DNA of 31,767 nt from IMG/VR virus record IMGVR_UViG_3300020473_000086. One strand, written 5' to 3'. The translations under genes were made by a program, and so were the position numbers. The notes beneath the pieces are model-generated. The model did not search any database, was not told the origin of the DNA, and worked only from the letters and a program-made list of their open reading frames with translations. Positions 9,142 to 17,809 of the stretch are shown one piece after another (the stretch's first letter is position 1; each line of letters starts with the position of its first letter). This stretch comes from a virus.

Positions 9142-9260
9142 TTGAAGCAGGATTAATAGGATTCCAGATTGCTGAAATTGGTGCAGCTATTTGCATCGCT
9201 ACGTGTGTTGTAGTTGGCGCTGTCATTACTGTTCTGGTCGCTAGGAGATTTTTAAAATGA
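9138..9260 (+). CDS. 40-aa single-TM peptide (not in ORF track)
   Basis: ATGA overlaps at both ends; hydrophobic core then RRFLK. Confidence 0.55.
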   Translation: MIEAGLIGFQIAEIGAAICIATCVVVGAVITVLVARRFLK

Positions 9261-9517
9261 AACCTAGCGTAGGAGACATTGTCAAATATAGAGATTGGAA
9301 ACCAGGAGATCCAGAAATAGAATCTATTCCAATAGACTCTAGAGGATGGGGAAACGTTGGTTTAGTAATTTCAGTTGGAGTTGATACGTTTCGCTCCAAG
9401 AATCAATTCGATTTTGGAGTATTAGAAGAATCAGTAGACTATATCGACGATAATGGAGATATTCATACAGCTCGGATGGAAGATGTGGAGGTTTTAATTC
9501 CTAATGAAGAAGGGTGA
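9257..9517 (+). CDS. SH3/KOW-like microprotein
   Basis: MKPSVGDIVKY...GLVISV...VEVL. Confidence 0.75.
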   Translation: MKPSVGDIVKYRDWKPGDPEIESIPIDSRGWGNVGLVISVGVDTFRSKNQFDFGVLEESVDYIDDNGDIHTARMEDVEVLIPNEEG

Positions 9518-9695
9518 TTTAGTAAAAGTCAAGTTTGTAACTGGCGCTTCACGACGTCGGGCAATGGCTCGAGAGTTTCCAGTTGATGAACCAGGTCTAG
9601 TTATCGAAGAAGCTGAGAATGCTGTCAAAGTTCTCTTTCCATCTTTGGGAAAGATCCGGAGTTTTCTCAAGTCAAGTCTTAAGGAATTAAAGTGA
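9504..9695 (+). CDS. SH3/KOW-like microprotein
   Basis: MKKGDLVKV...GLVIE; 14-nt overlap. Confidence 0.75.
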   Translation: MKKGDLVKVKFVTGASRRRAMAREFPVDEPGLVIEEAENAVKVLFPSLGKIRSFLKSSLKELK

Positions 9696-9919
9696 AGGTT
9701 GGAGATATAGTAAAATATACTTGGCCTGATTCATTTAATGAATATAGAGGTCAAAGCGGGATTATCTTAGAAATCAACCAATGGGTTGATAGAGGAGCTC
9801 CAGACAGAAACTTTGGTATCGATGTTAAGGTGCTCTGGTCTAACGGGAAAGTAGAATCTTTTGATGAGTCTGAGCTAGATTTAGTGAGTATAGTTAGCGA
9901 AGCGGGGCCGAATAAATGA
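9692..9919 (+). CDS. SH3/KOW-like microprotein
   Basis: MKVGDIVKY...GIILEI...VKVLW. Confidence 0.75.
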   Translation: MKVGDIVKYTWPDSFNEYRGQSGIILEINQWVDRGAPDRNFGIDVKVLWSNGKVESFDESELDLVSIVSEAGPNK

Positions 9920-10116
9920 AAATTGGAGATGCTGTAGTCCTTATATTTTTGGGAATAATGTTGGGAGTGGCTGCAAATTCTTGTATAAGTCTTGCAGTCA
10001 AAAAAACTAATCCTAAAATCTCATGTGATATTATGGAAGAATCGCGATTAAAAATAGCATTAAAAGAATGCTCCGATACAGTTATGAGTTATGCCTGGGG
10101 AGAGATTGAACAATGA
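9916..10116 (+). CDS. Membrane/secreted peptide with MKIGD start
   Basis: MKIGDAV followed by hydrophobic segment. Confidence 0.6.
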   Translation: MKIGDAVVLIFLGIMLGVAANSCISLAVKKTNPKISCDIMEESRLKIALKECSDTVMSYAWGEIEQ

Positions 10117-10283
10117 AGATTGGTGATAAGGTAAAAGTTGTGGAACCTTATAACGGTTTCCCTTGTGAAGTCCAAGGAATCGTCTTAGCTTTTTATGAAT
10201 CAGATCGAGTAATCGTTAAAACTAAAACGGGAAATACTTGGGCTTTAAAAAAGTCTCAATTAGAAATGGTAAGGAATTCTTAA
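10113..10283 (+). CDS. SH3/KOW-like microprotein, 56 aa (not in ORF track)
   Basis: MKIGDKVKVV...QGIVL...LEMV. Confidence 0.7.
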   Translation: MKIGDKVKVVEPYNGFPCEVQGIVLAFYESDRVIVKTKTGNTWALKKSQLEMVRNS

Positions 10284-10489
10284 TGGTTAAAAAAGGTGAC
10301 ATTGTTAATTTTTATACGATTATGAGAACGTGGGAGAAAGACTATAGGGACAGAAACCCGGGTATAGTTGTAGCATCTCAAGAGCCTCGCGGTGGTTACT
10401 TTGACAAAGGTCACGCATATATCCTTTGGGCTAACGGAGATATGACTAGAGAGCACATGACCTATCTTAAAGTTGTCCCAGATGAATAA
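10283..10489 (+). CDS. SH3/KOW-like microprotein
   Basis: TAATG-coupled start MVKKGDIVNF...GIVV...YILW. Confidence 0.7.
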   Translation: MVKKGDIVNFYTIMRTWEKDYRDRNPGIVVASQEPRGGYFDKGHAYILWANGDMTREHMTYLKVVPDE

Positions 10490-10679
10490 AATAGAAAATT
10501 ATCAGCTTCTCAAAGAGGGAGATTTAGTTAGGTTAGTCGGTAGTGAAGTGGGTATTGTAACCGAAATACAAAAATGGGGTCAAGTCCAAGTATTTTGGCC
10601 GATGACTAATAAGATTTCTACTCATGGAAAAGAATGGGCAGAATTACATTTCGAACTAATGTTGGATGAAAAAACTTAG
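10482..10679 (+). CDS. SH3/KOW-like microprotein
   Basis: LKEGDLVRL...GIVTEI...VQVFW. Confidence 0.7.
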   Translation: MNKIENYQLLKEGDLVRLVGSEVGIVTEIQKWGQVQVFWPMTNKISTHGKEWAELHFELMLDEKT

Positions 10680-10694
10680 TCTGTGTGCTATAAT
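10666..10694 (+). promoter_or_regulatory. Promoter variant
   Basis: ATGAAA-17 nt-TATAAT with TGn extended -10. Confidence 0.55.
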
Positions 10695-10724
10695 ATAATG
10701 TAAATTAATTTTAGTGGATTGGAT

Positions 10725-11207
10725 ATGTTTAAACAAAAATTAAAGAATGGCAAATGGTTTTCAAAGAAAATAGAAGTTAAAGAATCGACTGTTGACAAAG
10801 AGGGGCTGGGAGTATTCGCTACTGAGTTTATAAAAAAGTATGAGATATTTGAAAGCGCCCCAGTTTTAGTTTGGCATATGGACTTATTGAATGACTATAT
10901 GAGGCTACACCAAGCTGGACACTTATTGTCTGATCATGTTTTTGTTTGGGAGAAATCCAGTCATGCATTGTGTTTAGGCTATGGAACGATCTATAATCAT
11001 TCTAACGAACCGAACTCCAAGCATAGAAGAGTCTTTGATAAAAACCATCCTAGAATAGAATTTATAGCTTTAAAAGATATTCAGCCGGGTGAAGAAATTT
11101 TTCACCATTATGCCCCAAAAAAAGGTGATTTATTTTTTACTGATGGTGGCACTTTCGATTATGAGGGAGTTATAGACTCTAACGAGTTTCGAAAAGTTAA
11201 CTCATGA
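10725..11207 (+). CDS. SET-domain protein (putative lysine methyltransferase)
   Basis: EGLGVFATEFI, IYNHSNEPN and ALKDIQPGEEIFHHY SET motifs. Confidence 0.85.
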   Translation: MFKQKLKNGKWFSKKIEVKESTVDKEGLGVFATEFIKKYEIFESAPVLVWHMDLLNDYMRLHQAGHLLSDHVFVWEKSSHALCLGYGTIYNHSNEPNSKHRRVFDKNHPRIEFIALKDIQPGEEIFHHYAPKKGDLFFTDGGTFDYEGVIDSNEFRKVNS

Positions 11208-11458
11208 TGGTAGGTGATGTTGTTAGATTTGCAAAATGGGAAGAAGTTGATACTCGTAATAGTAAAAATTGGCCACTAACACCAAAGAACCATATTGGCG
11301 TTCTTATAGAACATGATAAACTAATGGGTACTACTCGCATCCTTCATCATGGTGAAGTTTTGAAAGTTAGACCTGTTTTTGTAGAAAAGGCTGGCAAAAA
11401 GGACTTGCTAGCTTATCAAGGAGAAAATAATGGCTTGGACCAAAGAGACATTAATTGA
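11204..11458 (+). CDS. SH3/KOW-like microprotein
   Basis: MMVGDVVRF...GVLIE. Confidence 0.7.
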   Translation: MMVGDVVRFAKWEEVDTRNSKNWPLTPKNHIGVLIEHDKLMGTTRILHHGEVLKVRPVFVEKAGKKDLLAYQGENNGLDQRDIN

Positions 11459-11645
11459 CAGTATGCTTCGTAAAAAGGGGCAAGCGCTTAAGACTGAAAA
11501 ATCTTTATTAAAGATTAGAATGAATAGAGGGGATATTACCCGACAGGAGTATGATGAGATCATTGAAGAGACTAAAGAGTACTACAAAGAGTGGAAAGAT
11601 TTTAAAGAGCCAAAGAGGCGACAACGAAAGCAAGGGTTAAGATAA
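11430..11645 (+). CDS. Small charged helical protein
   Basis: SD aaggag; K/E/R-rich. Confidence 0.65.
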   Translation: MAWTKETLIDSMLRKKGQALKTEKSLLKIRMNRGDITRQEYDEIIEETKEYYKEWKDFKEPKRRQRKQGLR

Positions 11646-12349
11646 TGTCTAGAGATTATAAAGCAGTATTCGCAAAGATTGAAGCAGCTAAGCCATTTAA
11701 GGAGGGCGCAAAGGTAACTCATAAGGGAGATATCGGAACAGATGCCGAGGGTACGGTATACGAAATTACAGTTGAGCAGGGGGTCGGCGCCAGGATTTGG
11801 CTAAGCCCATACCGAAGTGGTACACCTTGTTCATTTGAAGAGCTTGAGCTAGTATCAACCGCGGTTAGTCGATACCAAAAGCTATCTGATGCTTTCGATA
11901 AGCTTGGTGTAAATCCTGAAACCACCGTCAGCTTAACATATGAAGATGATGTTGACGTTATTCATTATACAGGGGAAGCAGAAGAAACAGCGGTGGCAGA
12001 AACTGGGACTGTTGAAGCCTTGGTAGACGCAGCTCGATCGGGTATTAAGTTTCAAGAAGATTTGATCGAAGATATGAGAGATCAAGATCACCTAGAAGAT
12101 TATGAGCGTGGAGATTTTGATTTCGAAAGCTATTGTACGGAAAAGATCGTAGAAAACTTTTATGATTATTACGACTATATTGAATGTAGCACTGAGCAAT
12201 ATGATCATAAGAGAGGTAACACAACAGTGACAGCAACTTTGACATCAACCGCAGGGTGTCTATTAGCTAATGAAAATGGAGTTAACGGACTGGGTGGTTG
12301 GAGTGTAGAGTTCTCTACTGAAAATGGTAATATGACTATTGAGATTTAA
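11645..12349 (+). CDS. Acidic hypothetical protein with N-terminal KOW-like segment
   Basis: TAATG coupling; FKEGAKVTH...LELVS. Confidence 0.7.
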   Translation: MSRDYKAVFAKIEAAKPFKEGAKVTHKGDIGTDAEGTVYEITVEQGVGARIWLSPYRSGTPCSFEELELVSTAVSRYQKLSDAFDKLGVNPETTVSLTYEDDVDVIHYTGEAEETAVAETGTVEALVDAARSGIKFQEDLIEDMRDQDHLEDYERGDFDFESYCTEKIVENFYDYYDYIECSTEQYDHKRGNTTVTATLTSTAGCLLANENGVNGLGGWSVEFSTENGNMTIEI

Positions 12350-12351
12350 TT

Positions 12352-12450
12352 ATGGAATATAGCTCAATGATTATCGCTGCAGTTGTAACGGTATTGTTTG
12401 TTTTACCCATGTGTATGAGAATGGAGGGAAAGAATGAAAAAAGGAAGTAA
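12352..12450 (+). CDS. 32-aa single-TM peptide (not in ORF track)
   Basis: MEYSSMIIAAVVTVLFVLPMCM... Confidence 0.45.
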   Translation: MEYSSMIIAAVVTVLFVLPMCMRMEGKNEKRK

Positions 12451-12694
12451 GGTTAAGATTACTAAAGAGCAACCAGATAGAGAATCCTGGATGATCAATA
12501 ATAATTTTTATTGGGGTTTTGGTGTTAGGGGCGATGATTTTTATCAAACAACCTTGAAGGTTGGAAAGATTTATGAAGTGCTAAAAGTCCGTGGAGTAAA
12601 AGGCCCCAAGCCTGGATTCATCGAGGTCAAAAATGATAATGGCGAAAAAGCTCTTGTTCTAAAAGAAGATGTAGAAGAGGTAAATAATGACTAA
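12434..12694 (+). CDS. SH3/KOW-like microprotein
   Basis: MKKGSKVKI...VEEV. Confidence 0.7.
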   Translation: MKKGSKVKITKEQPDRESWMINNNFYWGFGVRGDDFYQTTLKVGKIYEVLKVRGVKGPKPGFIEVKNDNGEKALVLKEDVEEVNND

Positions 12695-12860
12695 AAAAAA
12701 TCATTATAAGACTTTCGAGATTATTATTAGCGGGCCTGAAGGTAAAGAGAAGAAGTTGGTTGAAAGAATTTCTTTTCCGGAAGCTGTTAGGGATGCATAT
12801 ATGATGGTCGCGACCAGTTGTCATACTAAAAAAATTACAAGTATTAGAGCAATCGATTGA
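12687..12860 (+). CDS. 57-aa hypothetical protein (not in ORF track)
   Basis: SD gagg, overlaps both neighbours. Confidence 0.55.
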   Translation: MTKKNHYKTFEIIISGPEGKEKKLVERISFPEAVRDAYMMVATSCHTKKITSIRAID

Positions 12861-13138
12861 AGTGGGAAGTAAAAGAGCTTCCAGACGGTCGATGGGGAAT
12901 ATTCCTTTGTAAGAAATATTGGAAATTTAAAGATAAACCAGTTATGTACTCTGCTAGTGTTTCGAAAGAACTAGCTGAACAGCGAGTGTATCGTTTAAAT
13001 AATCCGAATGGATATAGTAATGATGAGAAATGTTACACTGTAGGTATGGCTCGAGCGGATGCGAAGAAGAAACGTGAACAAGCTAAGAAAGAAAAAGCAG
13101 AAGCGGCGAAGGCAAAAAGAGAGGCAAAGAAAAAATGA
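12857..13138 (+). CDS. Hypothetical protein with K/A/E-rich tail
   Basis: ORF with overlaps at both ends. Confidence 0.65.
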   Translation: MKWEVKELPDGRWGIFLCKKYWKFKDKPVMYSASVSKELAEQRVYRLNNPNGYSNDEKCYTVGMARADAKKKREQAKKEKAEAAKAKREAKKK

Positions 13139-13314
13139 CTTTCGAAATTGGGGACTTAATCCGAGTAATTCATCCCAACAGTCTAAAAAAAATGAACATT
13201 GTTGGAATAATTATAAATCGGAAGTACCCCAATAATAATTGGTTTTGTATTTGGGTGCCTGACATTTGTAAAGAAATATGTTTTGACAAAAGTCAAATGG
13301 AGAAAATTCTATGA
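13135..13314 (+). CDS. SH3/KOW-like microprotein, 59 aa (not in ORF track)
   Basis: MTFEIGDLIRV...VGIII. Confidence 0.65.
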   Translation: MTFEIGDLIRVIHPNSLKKMNIVGIIINRKYPNNNWFCIWVPDICKEICFDKSQMEKIL

Positions 13315-13508
13315 AGAACAAGTTCGACGTAGGCGATTTAGTAAGAATTAAGGCACTACCAGGTATTTCAATGGCGACATTATTTAATGGAAAGATAGGT
13401 GTTATTGCAAGAACACCTGCTAATAGAGATATTAGTTATGAAGTCTATGTAGATGATAGAACATTATGGCTGATCGCAGGTGAACTTGAACCAGTTGAAA
13501 ATGAATAG
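13311..13508 (+). CDS. SH3/KOW-like microprotein
   Basis: FDVGDLVRI...GKIGVI...LEPV. Confidence 0.75.
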   Translation: MKNKFDVGDLVRIKALPGISMATLFNGKIGVIARTPANRDISYEVYVDDRTLWLIAGELEPVENE

Positions 13509-13599
13509 TTTACTTGACGTTTTGACTGTCATTGGACAAAGCACAATTCTCACGCTTTTTATTACATTGGGTGTATTTTTTTTAATTGTTTCTAAGTAA
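13501..13599 (+). CDS. 32-aa single-TM peptide (not in ORF track)
   Basis: MNSLLDVLTVIGQSTILTLFITLGVFFLIVSK. Confidence 0.45.
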   Translation: MNSLLDVLTVIGQSTILTLFITLGVFFLIVSK

Positions 13600-13603
13600 A
13601 GTC

Positions 13604-13632
13604 GTGCAAAAACCCGACAGATATGGTATTAT
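13604..13632 (+). promoter_or_regulatory. Promoter, GTGCAA family
   Basis: AAAGTC-GTGCAA-17 nt-TATTAT-TAATCATAA. Confidence 0.85.
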
Positions 13633-13656
13633 TAATCATAATGGAAAGGAGGCCAC

Positions 13657-14988
13657 ATGGCTGACAAAGGAACAACTACTGACATCGCCCCAGTTAATCA
13701 CGCTGACGATGTTGCCGCCAAAAATTTTGACCTTGATAAGTTCTTGGTCAAGCTTCAGCTTGAGGAGCCATTCTTTTGCAAGGTTCTTCGTAAGGTTACG
13801 AAGGTGCGTACCGACGCAATTCCAACTGCTGGTGTACTTGCCCGGGATGGCGATATTAAAATGTGGTGGAACCCCAAGTTCTTGGCTAGCTTAACCCCTA
13901 AGCAGGTTCTTGGTCTTCTAAAGCACGAATGTTACCACTTGGTCTTTGAGCACACAACTACTCGACGATTTGATCCCCATGTTGTTTGGAACTATAGCGC
14001 TGATTTAGCCATTAATTCTCTTATTCCAGAAGATGAGCTTCCTGAAGGTGGCTTGATTCCTGGAAAGGCCTTTGAGGCTCTAACTGAAGAGCAGCTTGAG
14101 AAAATGACTGAAGCGCAGCTTAATCGATTTAACGTTCTTTCTGCTAAGATTGCATCTTTTCCTAAGTGTGAAGCCAGCGAGTGGTACTTCGCACGTCTCA
14201 TGGAAGATGAAGAAACCAAGGATGCCTTGACCAAGCCAGTCGATGGTGATGGAGAAGGAGAGGGTGGCGCTGCCTCTGGGCTTCCAGGCTCCATGGATGA
14301 TCATGAAGGCTGGGGAGAAATGACTGATGAAGAACGAGAAATTGCCAAAGGAAAGATTCGACAGGCTGTTGAAGAGGCCGTCAAGGAATGCGATAGGAAA
14401 GGTCAGTGGGGTTCGGTCTCCTCTGAGACTCGCGGCAAGATTCGTGAAGCTATCAGTAAGGAGATTCCTTGGGAGATGATCCTTAAGCAGTTCGTTGGTA
14501 TGACTCGACGATCTAATAGGTCCACTTCTCGAATGCGACTCAACAAGAAGTACCCTGGAATCCATAGCGGTCACAAGCGTGGATACACTTCTTCGATTGC
14601 GGTATACATCGATCAGAGTGGTTCGGTATCTAATGACGAGCTTAGTCTTCTCTTTGGAGAGCTTCGTAATCTGGCTAAGAACACTGAGTTTGTTACTTAT
14701 CACTTCGATACCGAGGTCGATGAGAGCAGTGAAACAGTGTGGCGCTCAGGTAAGACTCCTGAGACGCACCGGACCCGTTGTGGTGGTACTTGCTTCAAGG
14801 CGCCAACTGAGCACGCTAACAAGAATAAGCATCGCTTTGATGGCTACCTTATTCTAACTGACGGATACGCTCCTGATCCTGGTCACTCCCGCCTTAAGCG
14901 AGGCTGGGTTGTTACCACCGATGGCGCAATTGCCGACTTCATGAGCAACGAAGTTAAGGTCAAGATGAAGGAGCGAAAAGCAGCATGA
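13657..14988 (+). CDS. DUF2201-type putative metallopeptidase plus VWA-like domain protein
   Basis: HECYH (HExxH) in N-domain; G/D/E-rich linker; VYIDQSGS MIDAS, GGT and ILTDG motifs. Confidence 0.85.
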   Translation: MADKGTTTDIAPVNHADDVAAKNFDLDKFLVKLQLEEPFFCKVLRKVTKVRTDAIPTAGVLARDGDIKMWWNPKFLASLTPKQVLGLLKHECYHLVFEHTTTRRFDPHVVWNYSADLAINSLIPEDELPEGGLIPGKAFEALTEEQLEKMTEAQLNRFNVLSAKIASFPKCEASEWYFARLMEDEETKDALTKPVDGDGEGEGGAASGLPGSMDDHEGWGEMTDEEREIAKGKIRQAVEEAVKECDRKGQWGSVSSETRGKIREAISKEIPWEMILKQFVGMTRRSNRSTSRMRLNKKYPGIHSGHKRGYTSSIAVYIDQSGSVSNDELSLLFGELRNLAKNTEFVTYHFDTEVDESSETVWRSGKTPETHRTRCGGTCFKAPTEHANKNKHRFDGYLILTDGYAPDPGHSRLKRGWVVTTDGAIADFMSNEVKVKMKERKAA

Positions 14989-15158
14989 CATTAGATATGT
15001 TTGCTATACTAGTAAACGCAATAGTGAAAGCCATGGAAACAGCCGATGAAGCCCAGCATGTGCTTGCTATTGTGTTTATTGGTGTCGTCTTAGGAGTCGG
15101 CGCTTGGTGGGCTCTATCAATCGTGGCGGCATCTTTTTTAAAAAGCTTAATATTATAG
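14985..15158 (+). CDS. 57-aa membrane peptide (not in ORF track)
   Basis: ATGA overlap; long hydrophobic segment. Confidence 0.5.
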   Translation: MTLDMFAILVNAIVKAMETADEAQHVLAIVFIGVVLGVGAWWALSIVAASFLKSLIL

Positions 15159-15167
15159 TATAAAGTC

Positions 15168-15196
15168 GTGCAATTCGTCTCTACATATGGTATTAT
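15168..15196 (+). promoter_or_regulatory. Promoter, GTGCAA family
   Basis: AAAGTC-GTGCAA-17 nt-TATTAT-TAATCATAA. Confidence 0.85.
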
Positions 15197-15224
15197 TAAT
15201 CATAAGGTAGGAATGGAGCTTAAC

Positions 15225-15614
15225 ATGGCACGCAAAAGAAGAAACGACAGAAACCACGTCATCTATCAACTCACCGCGCCCAATGGTGAACGCTATGTTG
15301 GTATCACATTCGCCAGAGGTCGAGCGTTCAAGCGCTCAGCAAAAATCCGCTGGGAGGCCCACGTTAGAAATGCTCTGGATTATGATAGGCAAAATCTTTT
15401 AAGCGTTGCAATTCGTGAACAGGGTATCGATGGTTTTCGTCGAGAGGTACTTGAGATTATTCGCGGAAAACAAAACGCCCACAATAGAGAAAGAGAGTTA
15501 ATCGCAGCAACCCAGCCCGAGCTTAATATGGAGGGTATGGGTCGTAAGATTAATTCAATAAAAACACAGAAAGTCGTGCAAACGTCATCTAATCCTGGTA
15601 TAATAGAACTATAA
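15225..15614 (+). CDS. GIY-YIG nuclease family protein
   Basis: VIYQL...YVGIT, conserved Arg helix (RWEAH), RERELI, PELN; start re-assigned downstream of promoter. Confidence 0.7.
   Translation: MARKRRNDRNHVIYQLTAPNGERYVGITFARGRAFKRSAKIRWEAHVRNALDYDRQNLLSVAIREQGIDGFRREVLEIIRGKQNAHNRERELIAATQPELNMEGMGRKINSIKTQKVVQTSSNPGIIEL
15576..15604 (+). promoter_or_regulatory. Promoter, GTGCAA family (inside GIY-YIG 3' end)
   Basis: AAAGTC-GTGCAA-17 nt-TATAAT. Confidence 0.85.
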
Positions 15615-15619
15615 GGAAA

Positions 15620-15634
15620 TGGGGAAGGTCCCCA
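15620..15634 (+). promoter_or_regulatory. Leader inverted repeat TGGGGA-AGG-TCCCCA
   Basis: 14/15 identical to 22480-22494; both just downstream of a promoter. Confidence 0.55.
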
Positions 15635-15652
15635 CAAAATGAAGGAGAAAGC

Positions 15653-16537
15653 ATGAAGCTCTCAATGTACAAAGAATTACTCGCCAAGAACCCAAAACTC
15701 GCTATGCTCTTTGATTTGAGTGAACGCTTTCCACGCGGTCCACAAGCCAATCTTCGCGCTCATCACTACGAGGGTTCGCACGGTGGCTACTACCAGCGAC
15801 ACGAAACGCAGCTCAACGCTAACGAGATTCGCGGAGATAAGAAAACCGCTGGCGTTTACGAAACCTGTACGGTTGAAAAGCACGGGTTCTGCCCAGTTGC
15901 TTATGGTTACGATGTCTTGAAGCTTCACGCATGGTTCCAAAAGAATCGCATCTACGATGGTGGCGATTTCAAGCGCGCAATCGAGCGTTTGATGGACGTA
16001 ACTTACGAAGGAGAACGTTCTGAAGGAGAGCAATGGGTGCTCACACGGTTCATGGGCTGGAGCAAGCAAGCGACCCGTACTCGCCGGTCAAACAGGATCG
16101 GTTTACGAATTCGCCAGCTCAAGAAATGGGTAGAAGATAATGTCACAACTGCTTACTATAGAGTTGGTTTGGGATACGCAACCGGCGATCTTTACGTACA
16201 CGCTGATAGCGAAGCTGCAGCTCAAAGTCAATACGAACTTTTTCTCAAGCCTGCAGTTGCTGCAGTTGAAAAATCTGAATGCAATCCACGGTATCGCGAT
16301 GGTCGTGAGTTTGGCAACCACGGTGTTCGATATTCTCGTCACGCCCTTGAAGGTCCAGTCGGTTTAATGCAAATGAACAAGGACTATAGCGCGAAAGCTA
16401 ATGAGAAGATCGCTGCAGCTAGGGAAAATATTGCACGGCTTGAAGAACAGATTGCTGCTCTAGAAATGGCTCAGCAAATGGTCGAGTCCTACAGTGCTAA
16501 TATGACTTGCAGCTACGATTACGAAGAAACCGTATAG
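15653..16537 (+). CDS. Hypothetical protein with C-terminal coiled coil
   Basis: SD aaggag; 294 aa; heptad-like tail. Confidence 0.8.
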   Translation: MKLSMYKELLAKNPKLAMLFDLSERFPRGPQANLRAHHYEGSHGGYYQRHETQLNANEIRGDKKTAGVYETCTVEKHGFCPVAYGYDVLKLHAWFQKNRIYDGGDFKRAIERLMDVTYEGERSEGEQWVLTRFMGWSKQATRTRRSNRIGLRIRQLKKWVEDNVTTAYYRVGLGYATGDLYVHADSEAAAQSQYELFLKPAVAAVEKSECNPRYRDGREFGNHGVRYSRHALEGPVGLMQMNKDYSAKANEKIAAARENIARLEEQIAALEMAQQMVESYSANMTCSYDYEETV

Positions 16538-16589
16538 TTTTAGAGATAAAATTGTAAACACTTTTGGCATTCCCTGTATATTTTATATA

Positions 16590-16686
16590 GGTCCTCCGGA
16601 GGAGGGGGCTAATTTCCCCACGCTGACTTTCCGTTCTGGCAAGAAGGCTTAACTGCCAGGAAAACAAACTTTCCTGGCAGTTTTTT
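16590..16686 (+). ncRNA. Candidate small structured RNA or attenuator
   Basis: Non-coding; palindrome TCCTCCGGAGGA, hairpin GGGG..CCCC, competing stem, terminator. Confidence 0.4.
16651..16686 (+). terminator. Intrinsic terminator
   Basis: Perfect 13-bp stem AACTGCCAGGAAA/TTTCCTGGCAGTT, 6-nt loop, T-run. Confidence 0.85.
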
Positions 16687-16695
16687 ATGTATTTC

Positions 16696-16724
16696 GTGCA
16701 AATTGCTTCTATACGTGGTATAAT
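16696..16724 (+). promoter_or_regulatory. Promoter, GTGCAA family
   Basis: GTGCAA-17 nt-TATAAT, TGG extended -10. Confidence 0.85.
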
Positions 16725-16765
16725 TTAAATATAAAGAAAAGGTAACCACAACAAAGGAGCCAAAG

Positions 16766-16960
16766 ATGGCAAAGAGAATCAAAGTTGGAGATAGAGTTTA
16801 CTACCGAGCACCACGGATTAAAGACCGTAAGAAGGGCTCAAAGCCAGAGTTCACAGTGGTAGAACTTTATTACGGTGGTACGATGGCCAAAGTCAAGCAT
16901 GACAACGGTTATATCTACAGTGGTTACATCGTGTCTAATATGACCAAGTACGAAGGGTAA
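16766..16960 (+). CDS. SH3/KOW-like microprotein
   Basis: IKVGDRVYY; SD aaaggag. Confidence 0.75.
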   Translation: MAKRIKVGDRVYYRAPRIKDRKKGSKPEFTVVELYYGGTMAKVKHDNGYIYSGYIVSNMTKYEG

Positions 16961-16964
16961 ATAA

Positions 16965-17171
16965 ATGAAAGCACCACAATCAGCGATTAATCATATCATC
17001 ACATCGTTTAACGGTGAAGAAGAGATCGGTGGAAGCGACGGTTTGCTCGTTACTTTCCGGAACCAGGAGGATACTGAGAGTGTCATCAAGTTGGTTGAGA
17101 TGCTTAACGGCTGGAAGGCTACTGAGCACCCTAACATTCTTTACATGGTTCAAATCCAAGGAGTTGCATAA
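16965..17171 (+). CDS. Hypothetical protein
   Basis: ORF in operon order. Confidence 0.6.
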   Translation: MKAPQSAINHIITSFNGEEEIGGSDGLLVTFRNQEDTESVIKLVEMLNGWKATEHPNILYMVQIQGVA

Positions 17172-17431
17172 TGGAATGGAAAAACAGGCCAAGAAAAACA
17201 AAAGAACAATTTCAGAAAGAGATCATCGGATACTTGAGTCAGGAAGTTGAAGCATATAGTGGAGACCTCGTGGCTTCATCGTCGTGGGGTATTCGAAGGA
17301 AGACCGATAACGAGTACGCCGGACCGGAGTTTTTCGAAGCTCTTATGGATCTTGTTGATCAAGGAATTGTAGAAGTGATTCCAACAACTGGTCTCACCGG
17401 TGACGATTGGTACAAGTTAGCTAAACGCTAG
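17171..17431 (+). CDS. Hypothetical protein
   Basis: TAATG coupling. Confidence 0.6.
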   Translation: MEWKNRPRKTKEQFQKEIIGYLSQEVEAYSGDLVASSSWGIRRKTDNEYAGPEFFEALMDLVDQGIVEVIPTTGLTGDDWYKLAKR

Positions 17432-17441
17432 GAGTTAAATA

Positions 17442-17651
17442 ATGTTTGATGTTGAACACGAAGATGATGCATGGGAGCTTGGGGTTCTAAAAGCTTGCGG
17501 GTTTTTCGATAGCCCTAATGGTTCTCAATCGGCTGAAGCGCTTGGAGTGCCCGCTAATCTAGCCAGCTTTTTTAATGCTGGTATGCATGATCATAAGAAT
17601 CTGACTGATATTCGTATTGAGCAGTTTGCTAATCAGTGGGGAGTCAACTAA
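17442..17651 (+). CDS. Hypothetical protein
   Basis: SD aggag. Confidence 0.6.
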   Translation: MFDVEHEDDAWELGVLKACGFFDSPNGSQSAEALGVPANLASFFNAGMHDHKNLTDIRIEQFANQWGVN

Positions 17652-17809
17652 TGAAAGTTGGAGACCGAGTAAGTTATCTTAACGACAAAACGTATACCGG
17701 CGTAATCATTGCCGTTGGCTCTAATATGGTCAGGGTGAAATGGGGTAAGGAAGGCATAGAAGAGTGGATGCCAGAATATGCATTAGAGAAGATCAATGAA
17801 GGTCGGTGA
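17651..17809 (+). CDS. SH3/KOW-like microprotein, 52 aa (not in ORF track)
   Basis: MKVGDRVSY...GVIIAV...VRVKW...LEKINEGR. Confidence 0.75.
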   Translation: MKVGDRVSYLNDKTYTGVIIAVGSNMVRVKWGKEGIEEWMPEYALEKINEGR

